64,000 bases of DNA from Candidatus Cloacimonadales bacterium (GTDB taxonomy: Bacteria > Cloacimonadota > Cloacimonadia > Cloacimonadales > JAFGVF01), in NCBI GenBank assembly GCA_963678315.1, contig OY782781.1, positions 2,368,001 to 2,432,000 on the forward strand, given 5' to 3'. The position numbers were made by a program, and so were the translations under genes. Positions 49,957-59,255 of this stretch are shown here, in pieces (the stretch's first letter is position 1; every line of letters begins with the position of its first letter). The notes beneath the pieces were generated by a model. That model searched no databases. It saw only the letters and a list, made by a program, of their open reading frames with translations, and had not been told where the DNA came from.

Positions 49957-50123
49957 ATTACTTGTTACTGAATACTCCACTTTTCAGATACTATAAAAAT
50001 GACACCATTATTTCCATTTCAAAACTACTATATATAATCTTTAGTTATATCATAAAAATGGAGCACTTTTGTAATTTTCATGAAATAATACGCTACTTAG
50101 TCATATTTTTTTTGTACTAGCTG

Positions 50124-51125
50124 TTAATAAGTATTGTTAAAATCCAAATCATCAATATCATAATCATATGAATTATTATGTGAACATATTTTTAGTTGCA
50201 TCGTTTCAAAGTTCTTTTTAATAATTTTTGATAATTCAGCTTGATCTTCTTCTAGGCTTTTCGTACCAAAAATAACAGAAGTTATTGTTCGAGGATTGAA
50301 TTCAATCAAATTACCTTCTTTATATTTAAGAACTCTAATCTCATCTTCTTCTTCCCAACATCTTTGCTTTGAAAAAAATATTTCTTTTATTGGGAAATCA
50401 AAGGAACCTTTCAAATAGGAAGTTTTAGGGAGTTCTTTAACATAATCGATTGGTAAAATTGGATAAAAGAAAAGAGGGTCTTCTAAGACATCAAATTCCA
50501 CACAAACACCTTTTGAGTTATCCCCATAATGAGCCCACATCTTTGTATTAGTTGGCGTTGTAGTAAAACAACTAGCTTTTGCAGAATCAACACTTTTACT
50601 TGCAGACTTTTGTAAAACATCTTTAAACCTAGACATAATAGACTTATCTGCATCGATTTGCACAGAGTTATTATATTTTGTTTCTAAATATTTCTTGTAA
50701 TTCATACTATCTTCTTCGGTAAAGCTTTCAGGAAAAGGTGATCTTCCTTCAAACTCATCATTAAATTTATCTAAATCTGAAAACCACATTTTCTTATTTT
50801 CAAACATTGCTAGTGTATAATCATTTATTGGCATATATTTATACAACTTATGAGGTATTATTTTATCATGCACCATTTTTAAAATAATAAACTCTTTATA
50901 GAAAAGCATAAAATCATCTAAAGACATATTTAGCTTCTTAGCTCTTTCTGCATTATTTTTTTCCCTCCCGATCATTTTAGCCTTTTCACTCCATTTAAAA
51001 AAATCTTCCATTTGTTCTTTAGGTATTCCTATTTTACTAAACACAGATTTATAGGTTTTGCCCATAGTTACACTAGATTTTAGTTCAATTAGCTTATCCA
51101 TATATTCGAAATATTCAATGTTCAT
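50124..51125 (-). CDS. DUF2971-like protein, copy 1
   Basis: LYKY, WFS...FNDEFE, SCFT, MWAHYGDNSKGVC, KQRCWEEEDEIR, VIFG. Confidence 0.8.
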   Translation of the reverse strand: MNIEYFEYMDKLIELKSSVTMGKTYKSVFSKIGIPKEQMEDFFKWSEKAKMIGREKNNAERAKKLNMSLDDFMLFYKEFIILKMVHDKIIPHKLYKYMPINDYTLAMFENKKMWFSDLDKFNDEFEGRSPFPESFTEEDSMNYKKYLETKYNNSVQIDADKSIMSRFKDVLQKSASKSVDSAKASCFTTTPTNTKMWAHYGDNSKGVCVEFDVLEDPLFFYPILPIDYVKELPKTSYLKGSFDFPIKEIFFSKQRCWEEEDEIRVLKYKEGNLIEFNPRTITSVIFGTKSLEEDQAELSKIIKKNFETMQLKICSHNNSYDYDIDDLDFNNTY

Positions 51126-51138
51126 TATAAAGTTCTCC

Positions 51139-51513
51139 CTAAATTACCCTAAACAAGAAAACCATCTCACCTAAGATTCTGAATGTCTCAAGTTCAAAGT
51201 CTTCTATTATTATTACATCAAAATCAGGATTTAAAGGTTTAAGTATAACCCTCTTCTTTTCCTTATCGAATTGTAGTTTTTTGAGTGTGACACCCTCAGG
51301 AGTCTGACAAGCACTAATCTTACCATTTAGACTTGGAATATCAATAGACTCTTTTATTACTACTACATCTCCATGCATTATCTTTGGAGACATACTATTT
51401 CCATTAACTTTAAGAGCTATATACTTATTTTCTTGATCTGACAAATAAGCTTTTGGTATCTCTATATACTTTGATGGAGCATCATCATAACCATTCATTG
51501 GAGTACCAGCTGC
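51139..51513 (-). pseudogene. 5'-truncated repressor copy (S24 peptidase/dimerisation domain only)
   Basis: Identical to the 3' part of 53075-53803; HTH removed by the duplication junction; internal ATG at 51498. Confidence 0.88.
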
Positions 51514-52059
51514 TATAAAGTGACACCCAACTTTTCCATCTGCAAAAACGATTCATATATCTCATAAAGTCCCACACATTAGACTCTTACACCTATTTTC
51601 AATCGTTTTTTCAAAATTTCCATTTTAACTGCTTTCACAGGAAACTTTATCGTTTGATTTATACTTTTAAAGTAGTTTTGTGGTTGTAAAGAACAGCATT
51701 AACAACCTTAAACGTCTAATAAATAAAGAGTTAACCTATTTTATAGTTTTAAGGCAATTGAAAAAATCGTTTTTACGCTTTTTTCTCACTGCAAAAACGA
51801 TTCGGTTTCTCACATTTGATAAAAAAGCGTAAAAACGATTTTGAAGAAGTGACAGAGTTTTTTCATTATTGATAAAAAACCGTAAAAACGATATTACTTG
51901 TTACTGAATACTCCACTTTTCAGATACTATAAAAATGACACCATTATTTCCATTTCAAAACTACTATATATAATCTTTAGTTATATCATAAAAATGGAGC
52001 ACTTTTGTAATTTTCATGAAATAATACGCTACTTAGTCATATTTTTTTTGTACTAGCTG

Positions 52060-53061
52060 TTAATAAGTATTGTTAAAATCCAAATCATCAATATCATAAT
52101 CATATGAATTATTATGTGAACATATTTTTAGTTGCATCGTTTCAAAGTTCTTTTTAATAATTTTTGATAATTCAGCTTGATCTTCTTCTAGGCTTTTCGT
52201 ACCAAAAATAACAGAAGTTATTGTTCGAGGATTGAATTCAATCAAATTACCTTCTTTATATTTAAGAACTCTAATCTCATCTTCTTCTTCCCAACATCTT
52301 TGCTTTGAAAAAAATATTTCTTTTATTGGGAAATCAAAGGAACCTTTCAAATAGGAAGTTTTAGGGAGTTCTTTAACATAATCGATTGGTAAAATTGGAT
52401 AAAAGAAAAGAGGGTCTTCTAAGACATCAAATTCCACACAAACACCTTTTGAGTTATCCCCATAATGAGCCCACATCTTTGTATTAGTTGGCGTTGTAGT
52501 AAAACAACTAGCTTTTGCAGAATCAACACTTTTACTTGCAGACTTTTGTAAAACATCTTTAAACCTAGACATAATAGACTTATCTGCATCGATTTGCACA
52601 GAGTTATTATATTTTGTTTCTAAATATTTCTTGTAATTCATACTATCTTCTTCGGTAAAGCTTTCAGGAAAAGGTGATCTTCCTTCAAACTCATCATTAA
52701 ATTTATCTAAATCTGAAAACCACATTTTCTTATTTTCAAACATTGCTAGTGTATAATCATTTATTGGCATATATTTATACAACTTATGAGGTATTATTTT
52801 ATCATGCACCATTTTTAAAATAATAAACTCTTTATAGAAAAGCATAAAATCATCTAAAGACATATTTAGCTTCTTAGCTCTTTCTGCATTATTTTTTTCC
52901 CTCCCGATCATTTTAGCCTTTTCACTCCATTTAAAAAAATCTTCCATTTGTTCTTTAGGTATTCCTATTTTACTAAACACAGATTTATAGGTTTTGCCCA
53001 TAGTTACACTAGATTTTAGTTCAATTAGCTTATCCATATATTCGAAATATTCAATGTTCAT
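52060..53061 (-). CDS. DUF2971-like protein, copy 2
   Basis: Identical translation to 50124-51125; 13 bp downstream of the repressor stop, with a GGAG RBS. Confidence 0.8.
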   Translation of the reverse strand: MNIEYFEYMDKLIELKSSVTMGKTYKSVFSKIGIPKEQMEDFFKWSEKAKMIGREKNNAERAKKLNMSLDDFMLFYKEFIILKMVHDKIIPHKLYKYMPINDYTLAMFENKKMWFSDLDKFNDEFEGRSPFPESFTEEDSMNYKKYLETKYNNSVQIDADKSIMSRFKDVLQKSASKSVDSAKASCFTTTPTNTKMWAHYGDNSKGVCVEFDVLEDPLFFYPILPIDYVKELPKTSYLKGSFDFPIKEIFFSKQRCWEEEDEIRVLKYKEGNLIEFNPRTITSVIFGTKSLEEDQAELSKIIKKNFETMQLKICSHNNSYDYDIDDLDFNNTY

Positions 53062-53074
53062 TATAAAGTTCTCC

Positions 53075-53803
53075 CTAAATTACCCTAAACAAGAAAACCA
53101 TCTCACCTAAGATTCTGAATGTCTCAAGTTCAAAGTCTTCTATTATTATTACATCAAAATCAGGATTTAAAGGTTTAAGTATAACCCTCTTCTTTTCCTT
53201 ATCGAATTGTAGTTTTTTGAGTGTGACACCCTCAGGAGTCTGACAAGCACTAATCTTACCATTTAGACTTGGAATATCAATAGACTCTTTTATTACTACT
53301 ACATCTCCATGCATTATCTTTGGAGACATACTATTTCCATTAACTTTAAGAGCTATATACTTATTTTCTTGATCTGACAAATAAGCTTTTGGTATCTCTA
53401 TATACTTTGATGGAGCATCATCATAACCATTCATTGGAGTACCAGCTGCAATCTCACCATATATAGGTAGAGTTATAACCCTTGAATCAAATGGGTTGAG
53501 TTTATGTTTATATACAGAGTTATTTCCTGTCATCTCTTCTATATTCTTTTTATGCCCATCCCCATACAGATTTCCATCTGAATCTAAAACAAACATTCCA
53601 CCTTTACCAGTTAATAACCAATTTAAGTTCAAACCATAGCGTTCGTTGATACGAGCCATGGCTGTTGCTGAAGGCTTACTAGTTTTTTTTCTGTTCAACC
53701 AATCTGATAGATTACCTGATGTTACTTCAATAGTATTCGCAAACTCGGAACGCTTTATATCAAGAGCATTTACGAACATTAACAGCCTATCTTTTATATC
53801 CAT
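53075..53803 (-). CDS. Phage repressor, XRE HTH + S24 autopeptidase (CI/LexA-like)
   Basis: N-terminal HTH, NLNWLLTGKG, IAAG cleavage site, GNSM (Ser) and TLKK (Lys); AGGAG before ATG 53803. Confidence 0.93.
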   Translation of the reverse strand: MDIKDRLLMFVNALDIKRSEFANTIEVTSGNLSDWLNRKKTSKPSATAMARINERYGLNLNWLLTGKGGMFVLDSDGNLYGDGHKKNIEEMTGNNSVYKHKLNPFDSRVITLPIYGEIAAGTPMNGYDDAPSKYIEIPKAYLSDQENKYIALKVNGNSMSPKIMHGDVVVIKESIDIPSLNGKISACQTPEGVTLKKLQFDKEKKRVILKPLNPDFDVIIIEDFELETFRILGEMVFLFRVI

Positions 53804-53832
53804 TTGATCTCCTATTTTACATATCATTTCAT

Positions 53833-53945
53833 TTCGCATTGTTGCACACTGATGCGATGGACTGAAACTTTTCCTTGACTACTTTCGCATATTTTCGCTT
53901 TATAGATCTAGTAATCATTATTTGCAACATTGCGAACAATGTCAA
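53833..53945. promoter_or_regulatory. Divergent lysis/lysogeny control region with putative operators
   Basis: TTCGCATTGTTGCA (53833), its near-inverse TGCAACATTGCGAA (53923) and TTCGCATATTTTCG (53884); leftward TTGACA-17bp-AATAAT; rightward TTGACT at 53875. Confidence 0.6.
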
Positions 53946-53965
53946 TAAAAATTTAGGAGGTTCGA

Positions 53966-54208
53966 ATGAGATCACCCTATAAACCTGCTGTAATAAGATC
54001 AGCTATGACGCTTAAAAGACTCACAACAAAGGCATTAGCCGAACGCTTATTCATCTCCAGAAGATCATTAGATTATTTTATTAATGAAGGAAGGCATATA
54101 AGAAAAGCAGAAGATGTCTTAGAAATTCTTCAACCTGAGCTTGATGAGATAAGTGAAATTTATCGCAAACATACTAACATAGAAGTCGAGAGTTGCGAAA
54201 AGAGGTAA
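53966..54208 (+). CDS. Ner/Cro-like small HTH protein
   Basis: 80 aa, HTH-like TTKALAERLFISRRSLDYFI, divergent from the repressor, AGGAGG RBS. Confidence 0.7.
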   Translation: MRSPYKPAVIRSAMTLKRLTTKALAERLFISRRSLDYFINEGRHIRKAEDVLEILQPELDEISEIYRKHTNIEVESCEKR

Positions 54209-56250
54209 TGATGGAATACAAAGAACTAACGGTTAACGATATTCAAAGAATGTTCTCGGTAAGTCAGGCTTCTGCATATAGAATGACTAAGACTTATAAA
54301 TGGGAGTTCGTTAACAAGCCTTTGAAAAAGGGTGGTAGAAAAAAACTTTATTTAGTACCAGTTAATTTAATTCCTACCAAAGAAAAACCTCTACCCTCTT
54401 TACCTAAAAGCAATAAACAGCCCTGTAAAGCAATATCTGAGGCTGTTAAAGCCGAGATAGTGGAGTATGACGATTCTATCAAAGACTTAGTACCAAGAAT
54501 TCAAGTTCCTGAAAGTGAGTTAATGAGAGCTCAGTTAAAAGCTGAACTTTGTGAGAGGATACTTTCTGAATATGAGAAGATAGGTGTAAAAAAACATGCT
54601 ATCGCAAATGTATTAGACGCTTATAATTCAGGATTGATACTACCTAAACTGTTCTTTATTGAAAGAACTAGAACAGAAAGGTCAATTCGTATGTGGCTTA
54701 AAGTATATGAAGAGAATGGTAGAGACTATAAGGTTCTTACTCGATTATCTAAAGCATCAAGTGTTAGGAAGGCAACTCTAAAGGAGCAAAACTTCTTACT
54801 GAATATATTGTTAGACGCAAACAAGATTAAGATTGGTACAGCTATTAGAAAGTTAAAGCAGTTTAGTAGACTAGGAGCTATTGAATCCCCAACCAGTAGT
54901 AGATCGCTTAGACGTTGGTGTGAAGAGTGGAGAGACAGCCACATTCAACAGTGGAATCTTCTTCGTATGGGCGAAAAATACTCTAAAGATACTTCCATAC
55001 TAAGCCTAAGCAGATCTGATGCTCTTAATGTTGGAGATGTTTGGGTTGCTGATGGACATAAGCTAGCCTTTGACATAATCGATCCAGATACAGGTAGACC
55101 AAAGAGAATGATGTTAATTCTATTCTTTGATTGGGCTAGTAGATATCCTGTTGGAGCATCAATAGCTAACACTGAGGACTCAGAGCATATACTTCTTGCT
55201 TTAAGGAATGGTATCCTTCATTGGAATGGAAGACCTAAGTATGTATATTTAGATAATGGTAGAGCATTTAAATCTAAATTGTTCCACCAAAAATGGGAAG
55301 AGCACAATTTTGAAGATGAGTTCTGTGGAGTGTTTCCTAGACTTAGCATAAAAGCTAAGTTTGCTAAAGCTTATAATGCTAGAGCTAAAGTTGTAGAGAG
55401 GTTCTTTAGAACATTCCAAGAAGACTTTGAACGCTTTATGGATACCTTTAGAGGTTCTGACATAGCTGACAAACCAGCCTTCTTAATGAGAAACGAGAAA
55501 TGGATTAAGAAACTTAAGAAACGTGAGCCTGTTACTATCGAGGAAGCTAAAATGATGATGTCATTCTACTTCCAAGAAATGTATGGTAAAACTCCACATG
55601 GAGGACTTGCAGGTCGTACTCCTCTTGAAGTGTTTAGAGCTAGTCAAGTACCTGAAGACAGAAAAATCGATGATTCAGAACTTAATTTCATGATGCTGAA
55701 GGTTGAAGAGAGAAAAGTTAGAGCTAATGGTGTTCAACTCTTTAACATTGTTTATTATCATGACTATTTAATGAATTATGTAGGTCAGAATGTTTCATTG
55801 AGGTATGACCTGATGGATATGCGTTCCGTCTTGGTTTATGACAAGAAGGGTAAGATAATATGCCAAGCACTTGCTAAGAAGAGTGTTCATCCATTTGTTA
55901 AGCTTGCTGAAAATGAGCCTATAGTTAAAAAGCAATGGCTTAAGCAACTAGCACATCAAAGAAAGCTTGAGAAAGATGTTAAAGAGAAATCAGCTGAACT
56001 ACAGAAGCAAGTGCAAGAGGCTGTATCAGACTTTGAATTACCAATTTTAGAAGTAACAAAAAGTGCCTTCAACGATTCAAGTATGTTAGAACATAAGGCT
56101 ACTGACAACCCTAGCCTAGACATAGATAAAATGGCTGAGAACACAGCTCGTTTAATTTCAAAAACAAAACAAGTACCACCTATAAAATCTATAGAAGAAC
56201 GTGGACTAGAAAATCTTGATAAAATGCTTAAACAGATAGGTATAGAATAG
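54208..56250 (+). CDS. Mu-type DDE transposase (MuA-like)
   Basis: WVADGH, YLDNGRAF and KVVERFF catalytic triad; C-terminal V-LRYD--DM--VLVY; TAATG coupling. Confidence 0.92.
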   Translation: MMEYKELTVNDIQRMFSVSQASAYRMTKTYKWEFVNKPLKKGGRKKLYLVPVNLIPTKEKPLPSLPKSNKQPCKAISEAVKAEIVEYDDSIKDLVPRIQVPESELMRAQLKAELCERILSEYEKIGVKKHAIANVLDAYNSGLILPKLFFIERTRTERSIRMWLKVYEENGRDYKVLTRLSKASSVRKATLKEQNFLLNILLDANKIKIGTAIRKLKQFSRLGAIESPTSSRSLRRWCEEWRDSHIQQWNLLRMGEKYSKDTSILSLSRSDALNVGDVWVADGHKLAFDIIDPDTGRPKRMMLILFFDWASRYPVGASIANTEDSEHILLALRNGILHWNGRPKYVYLDNGRAFKSKLFHQKWEEHNFEDEFCGVFPRLSIKAKFAKAYNARAKVVERFFRTFQEDFERFMDTFRGSDIADKPAFLMRNEKWIKKLKKREPVTIEEAKMMMSFYFQEMYGKTPHGGLAGRTPLEVFRASQVPEDRKIDDSELNFMMLKVEERKVRANGVQLFNIVYYHDYLMNYVGQNVSLRYDLMDMRSVLVYDKKGKIICQALAKKSVHPFVKLAENEPIVKKQWLKQLAHQRKLEKDVKEKSAELQKQVQEAVSDFELPILEVTKSAFNDSSMLEHKATDNPSLDIDKMAENTARLISKTKQVPPIKSIEERGLENLDKMLKQIGIE

Positions 56251-56259
56251 GAGATCAAC

Positions 56260-56973
56260 ATGCGAGAATATACCTTGGCAGAAACACAAAATGTAAAACA
56301 AGCAAAAGAACTTTTTAAGTACTTACTTAAGAGACCTAAGACTGAGATGGTTGGGTTAGGACTTATCTATGGTCCTCCAGGACTTGGTAAAAGTAGATTT
56401 GCAAGGCAAACAGCCATTAAAAACAACTATATTTACTTCAGATTAGAAGCAACTATGACAGCTAAGAGCTTTTCAGTTAAACTTCTTGAGAGAATATACT
56501 TCCACTTCGGTATGCCAAGAATAGGTATTAGAGGGAGTGCAAATGATATCTTCCAAAGATGCTTTGAGATATTAAAGAACTTCGATAATACTGTTATAGT
56601 CATAGATGAGATAGATTATGCTTTTAAGAACAAGAGAATCCTTGGTAGTATTCGTGATATAGTAGACCAAACACTATCAGTTGTTGTGCTTGTTGGTATG
56701 GCTGATGCTAAAGAAAGTTTACTCTCTGCAGATGCTCACTACTTTGACAGATGCAACTTCTTCTGCCAATTTAAACCACTAGATGTTAAAGATTTAACAC
56801 TTTTATGTAAAGAAGTGTGTGAAGTTAAGATTGATGATATAGTAATTAAACATATTGCCAAGAGGACTAGTGGTAACATTAGGAAATTCATTAAATCATT
56901 GTACTCTCTTGAGAACTTAGCTCAAACACATGATTTAACAATTATCAAGCCTCAGCATTTAGATATGATGTGA
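56260..56973 (+). CDS. MuB-like AAA+ transposition ATPase
   Basis: GPPGLGKS (Walker A), VIVIDEID (Walker B), LVGM; follows the transposase. Confidence 0.88.
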   Translation: MREYTLAETQNVKQAKELFKYLLKRPKTEMVGLGLIYGPPGLGKSRFARQTAIKNNYIYFRLEATMTAKSFSVKLLERIYFHFGMPRIGIRGSANDIFQRCFEILKNFDNTVIVIDEIDYAFKNKRILGSIRDIVDQTLSVVVLVGMADAKESLLSADAHYFDRCNFFCQFKPLDVKDLTLLCKEVCEVKIDDIVIKHIAKRTSGNIRKFIKSLYSLENLAQTHDLTIIKPQHLDMM

Positions 56974-56980
56974 GGTCTCA

Positions 56981-57466
56981 ATGCAGACTACTAACTACAA
57001 AATAATCAGAAATTTCGTGGAGTTTTATGGAAAGCCTTTCACTGGTGACGTTGTTGCTGGTGAAACTGGTATTCCAATCCAAAAGACCATTAGAGTGTTA
57101 AACACAATGAGTTATAAAGGATTAATCAAATCTATATCCATGCAAGGTAAGTTCGCTATTTATATTAAGAATAGCGACTATGTTGATAAAAATCCCATGA
57201 ACAGTTTCAATTTCGAAATCAAATTCCTAAAAGCTATAATCAGAAAGTTAAAAACAGAAGAAGTTAAAAGTGCAAGACACTTAGCAGACCTACTTAAGTG
57301 TGGAAGGAGACGTGTCACAAGATACTTAGTAGCTCTCTGTTCAATAGGTATGGTTGGCTTAGTAGATAAGAAATACAAAGTAATTAAGGATATGGACCTA
57401 CTACTTGTAGGTAGTAGATATGACAGCCAAATCCTAAAGAAACTCAAAGCTAAAAACAAACAGTAA
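56981..57466 (+). CDS. Hypothetical phage protein with tandem winged-helix-like segments
   Basis: Two HTH-like stretches; position in the early operon. Confidence 0.55.
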   Translation: MQTTNYKIIRNFVEFYGKPFTGDVVAGETGIPIQKTIRVLNTMSYKGLIKSISMQGKFAIYIKNSDYVDKNPMNSFNFEIKFLKAIIRKLKTEEVKSARHLADLLKCGRRRVTRYLVALCSIGMVGLVDKKYKVIKDMDLLLVGSRYDSQILKKLKAKNKQ

Positions 57467-57480
57467 GATAAGGAGCAACT

Positions 57481-58080
57481 ATGGTAAGAAAGGAAAAGAT
57501 GTTAACTGATGCTAATGGTAGAGAATACCCAGCTAAAATACTTGATCCTCAAATCGTTAAACGTGATGCAATAGTTAATCGTTTGATGAACAGAGCCTTA
57601 AAACTAAATGGAAGGATAGTATCAGATAAAGTTAAAATGGCTGATGATATTAACAAATACCTAAATCAAACAGCTCAAAAGTATGGTGAGGAGTGGAAAG
57701 GTAATGCTGAGTTGGTATCCTTTGATGGAAAATATAAAGTCGAAATCAGACAAAGAGAACGAATTGATTTTAGTGAGAAACTTCAGATAGCTAAACAAAA
57801 GATAGATATGTGTCTAAAGCGTTGGACTGAAGATTCTAACATTAACCTTCAAGCAGTTATCAAAGAGGCATTTCAAGTTGATAAGAAAGGAGAGATTGCC
57901 AAGAGCAGAATCTTAGGTCTTAGACGTTATCATATCAAAGATACTCAATGGCAACAAGCTATGGACCTTATTGATGAGGCTATACAAGTTACCTCAACAA
58001 AGCAGTATATTGCCTTCTATGAAAGACCAAGTAAAGATAAACCATTTAGGCTTATCTCACTTAACTTTAGTGCATTGTAG
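57481..58080 (+). CDS. DUF3164-like Mu-type phage protein
   Basis: KGN---SFDG, AK-KID-CL--W, AFQVDKKG, W--AM-LI, Y--FYER. Confidence 0.8.
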   Translation: MVRKEKMLTDANGREYPAKILDPQIVKRDAIVNRLMNRALKLNGRIVSDKVKMADDINKYLNQTAQKYGEEWKGNAELVSFDGKYKVEIRQRERIDFSEKLQIAKQKIDMCLKRWTEDSNINLQAVIKEAFQVDKKGEIAKSRILGLRRYHIKDTQWQQAMDLIDEAIQVTSTKQYIAFYERPSKDKPFRLISLNFSAL

Positions 58081-58214
58081 TTTTTTCTTAGAGCAAAGTA
58101 TTAACTCCAAATTTAGGGAGTGTTTCTCTTTGCCTAAATTTCTGTGGTAACTGTAGGCATGGAGGTTTGACCTTGCCTCATAGCCATTATATATATGTCC
58201 TAGGAGATATAAAT

Positions 58215-58427
58215 ATGATTCAAGTTTTTAAAGAAAGCAGATGCTACACACCAGTAAATGTAGCAGAAATTTTAAATGTAGATATTAGCACAGTCTACAG
58301 ACTTATTCGTGACATAGATGATCCATTACCAGCCTTTAGATTAAAGACTAATGGTCAGTTAAGGGTTCATGGAAAAGAAATTAATAAATACCTAGAAGAT
58401 CACAAAGTCGATCCTCTTAATGAATAG
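58215..58427 (+). CDS. Excisionase-like (HTH_17/MerR-type) DNA-binding protein
   Basis: YTPVNVAEILNVDISTVYRLI...LPAFR...GQLRV; AGGAG before ATG 58215. Confidence 0.75.
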   Translation: MIQVFKESRCYTPVNVAEILNVDISTVYRLIRDIDDPLPAFRLKTNGQLRVHGKEINKYLEDHKVDPLNE

Positions 58428-58429
58428 AT

Positions 58430-58813
58430 ATGACAGACAGGCAGATTGAGTTAGCTAAACACTTGAGAAAAACAATAGTTATTTTCGCAAAAAATGATCT
58501 CCGAATAACTGTTGATGAATTACATTCTCAGATGGAAACTTTAGGATTCGGAACCTCCTTAAGAAAACTCAATCTGCCTTCTCTCGTTAATCTTAATCTT
58601 ATTCTCAGAGGAAAAAAGAATTATACTCATGAGAATCTAGATCCTCAAGGCAAAAAAATATGGGCTCTTTACAAATCATCAAACTGGTCTAGAGAGCAAT
58701 TATATGCATTTATAGCACAGAAATTTAATAAATCAGGAATCAAATATTTAACTAAAAATGAAAAAGGAACTTTAATTAAGGTCTTACAATCTTATGAATT
58801 CAAGAGAATATAA
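58430..58813 (+). CDS. Hypothetical phage protein (possibly GemA/DUF1018-like)
   Basis: SLRKL, Q-KKIWAL, L--FI, L-----G-LI-VL pattern resembles the Mu gp16/GemA family. Confidence 0.5.
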   Translation: MTDRQIELAKHLRKTIVIFAKNDLRITVDELHSQMETLGFGTSLRKLNLPSLVNLNLILRGKKNYTHENLDPQGKKIWALYKSSNWSREQLYAFIAQKFNKSGIKYLTKNEKGTLIKVLQSYEFKRI

Positions 58814-59255
58814 AATCAAACGACAATCAGCTAAAAAACTATATCTTAAAGGAGAGACTAATGCAGTGGCTCTTGCTAAGATTTATGATGTAGCAGAAAA
58901 GACAGTTAGAAACTGGATTAAGAAAGGTAACTGGGAAGCTGAGTATGATGAGATTTCAACACTTGAAGATGAAATTAAGATAGCACTTAAAAAGGCTTTA
59001 ATTAAAGCTCTCAGAGAATATGCAAGAGCACCACAAGATACTGCCCTCCAATCTTTGGTATCACTGCTTAGACAATACAAGAAAGACTTTGAGCCAACTA
59101 AGGACTTCATTGAATATATGAAGAAGTTCTTAGATTGGTTAATTGATTTCTTCTTAACTAAGAATGAAGATGAGATAGCACGAGCTATTCAAAAAGAGAT
59201 ATTAGGAGAGTCTGGTATTGTAGAATACTTTAGAAAGAGAGCAAGTAGTGGTTAG
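58794..59255 (+). CDS. Putative terminase small subunit (N-terminal HTH)
   Basis: AKKLYLKG...LAKIYDVAEKTVRNWIKKGNW; immediately upstream of TerL. Confidence 0.65.
   Translation: MNSREYKIKRQSAKKLYLKGETNAVALAKIYDVAEKTVRNWIKKGNWEAEYDEISTLEDEIKIALKKALIKALREYARAPQDTALQSLVSLLRQYKKDFEPTKDFIEYMKKFLDWLIDFFLTKNEDEIARAIQKEILGESGIVEYFRKRASSG

Larger units (their letters stand above)
49578..53449 (+). repeat. Tandem direct duplication of 1936 bp (49578-51513 and 51514-53449)
   Basis: Identical 333-aa ORFs at offset 1936; junction CCAGCTGC|TATAAAGTGACACC; no differences seen by eye. Confidence 0.95.

Noticed and set aside
58088..58180. Structured ncRNA between the DUF3164-like and excisionase-like genes
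   Set aside because: Only an imperfect hairpin (GCAAAG...CTCC/GGAG...CTTTGC); single copy, consistent with a simple terminator, nothing more can be supported
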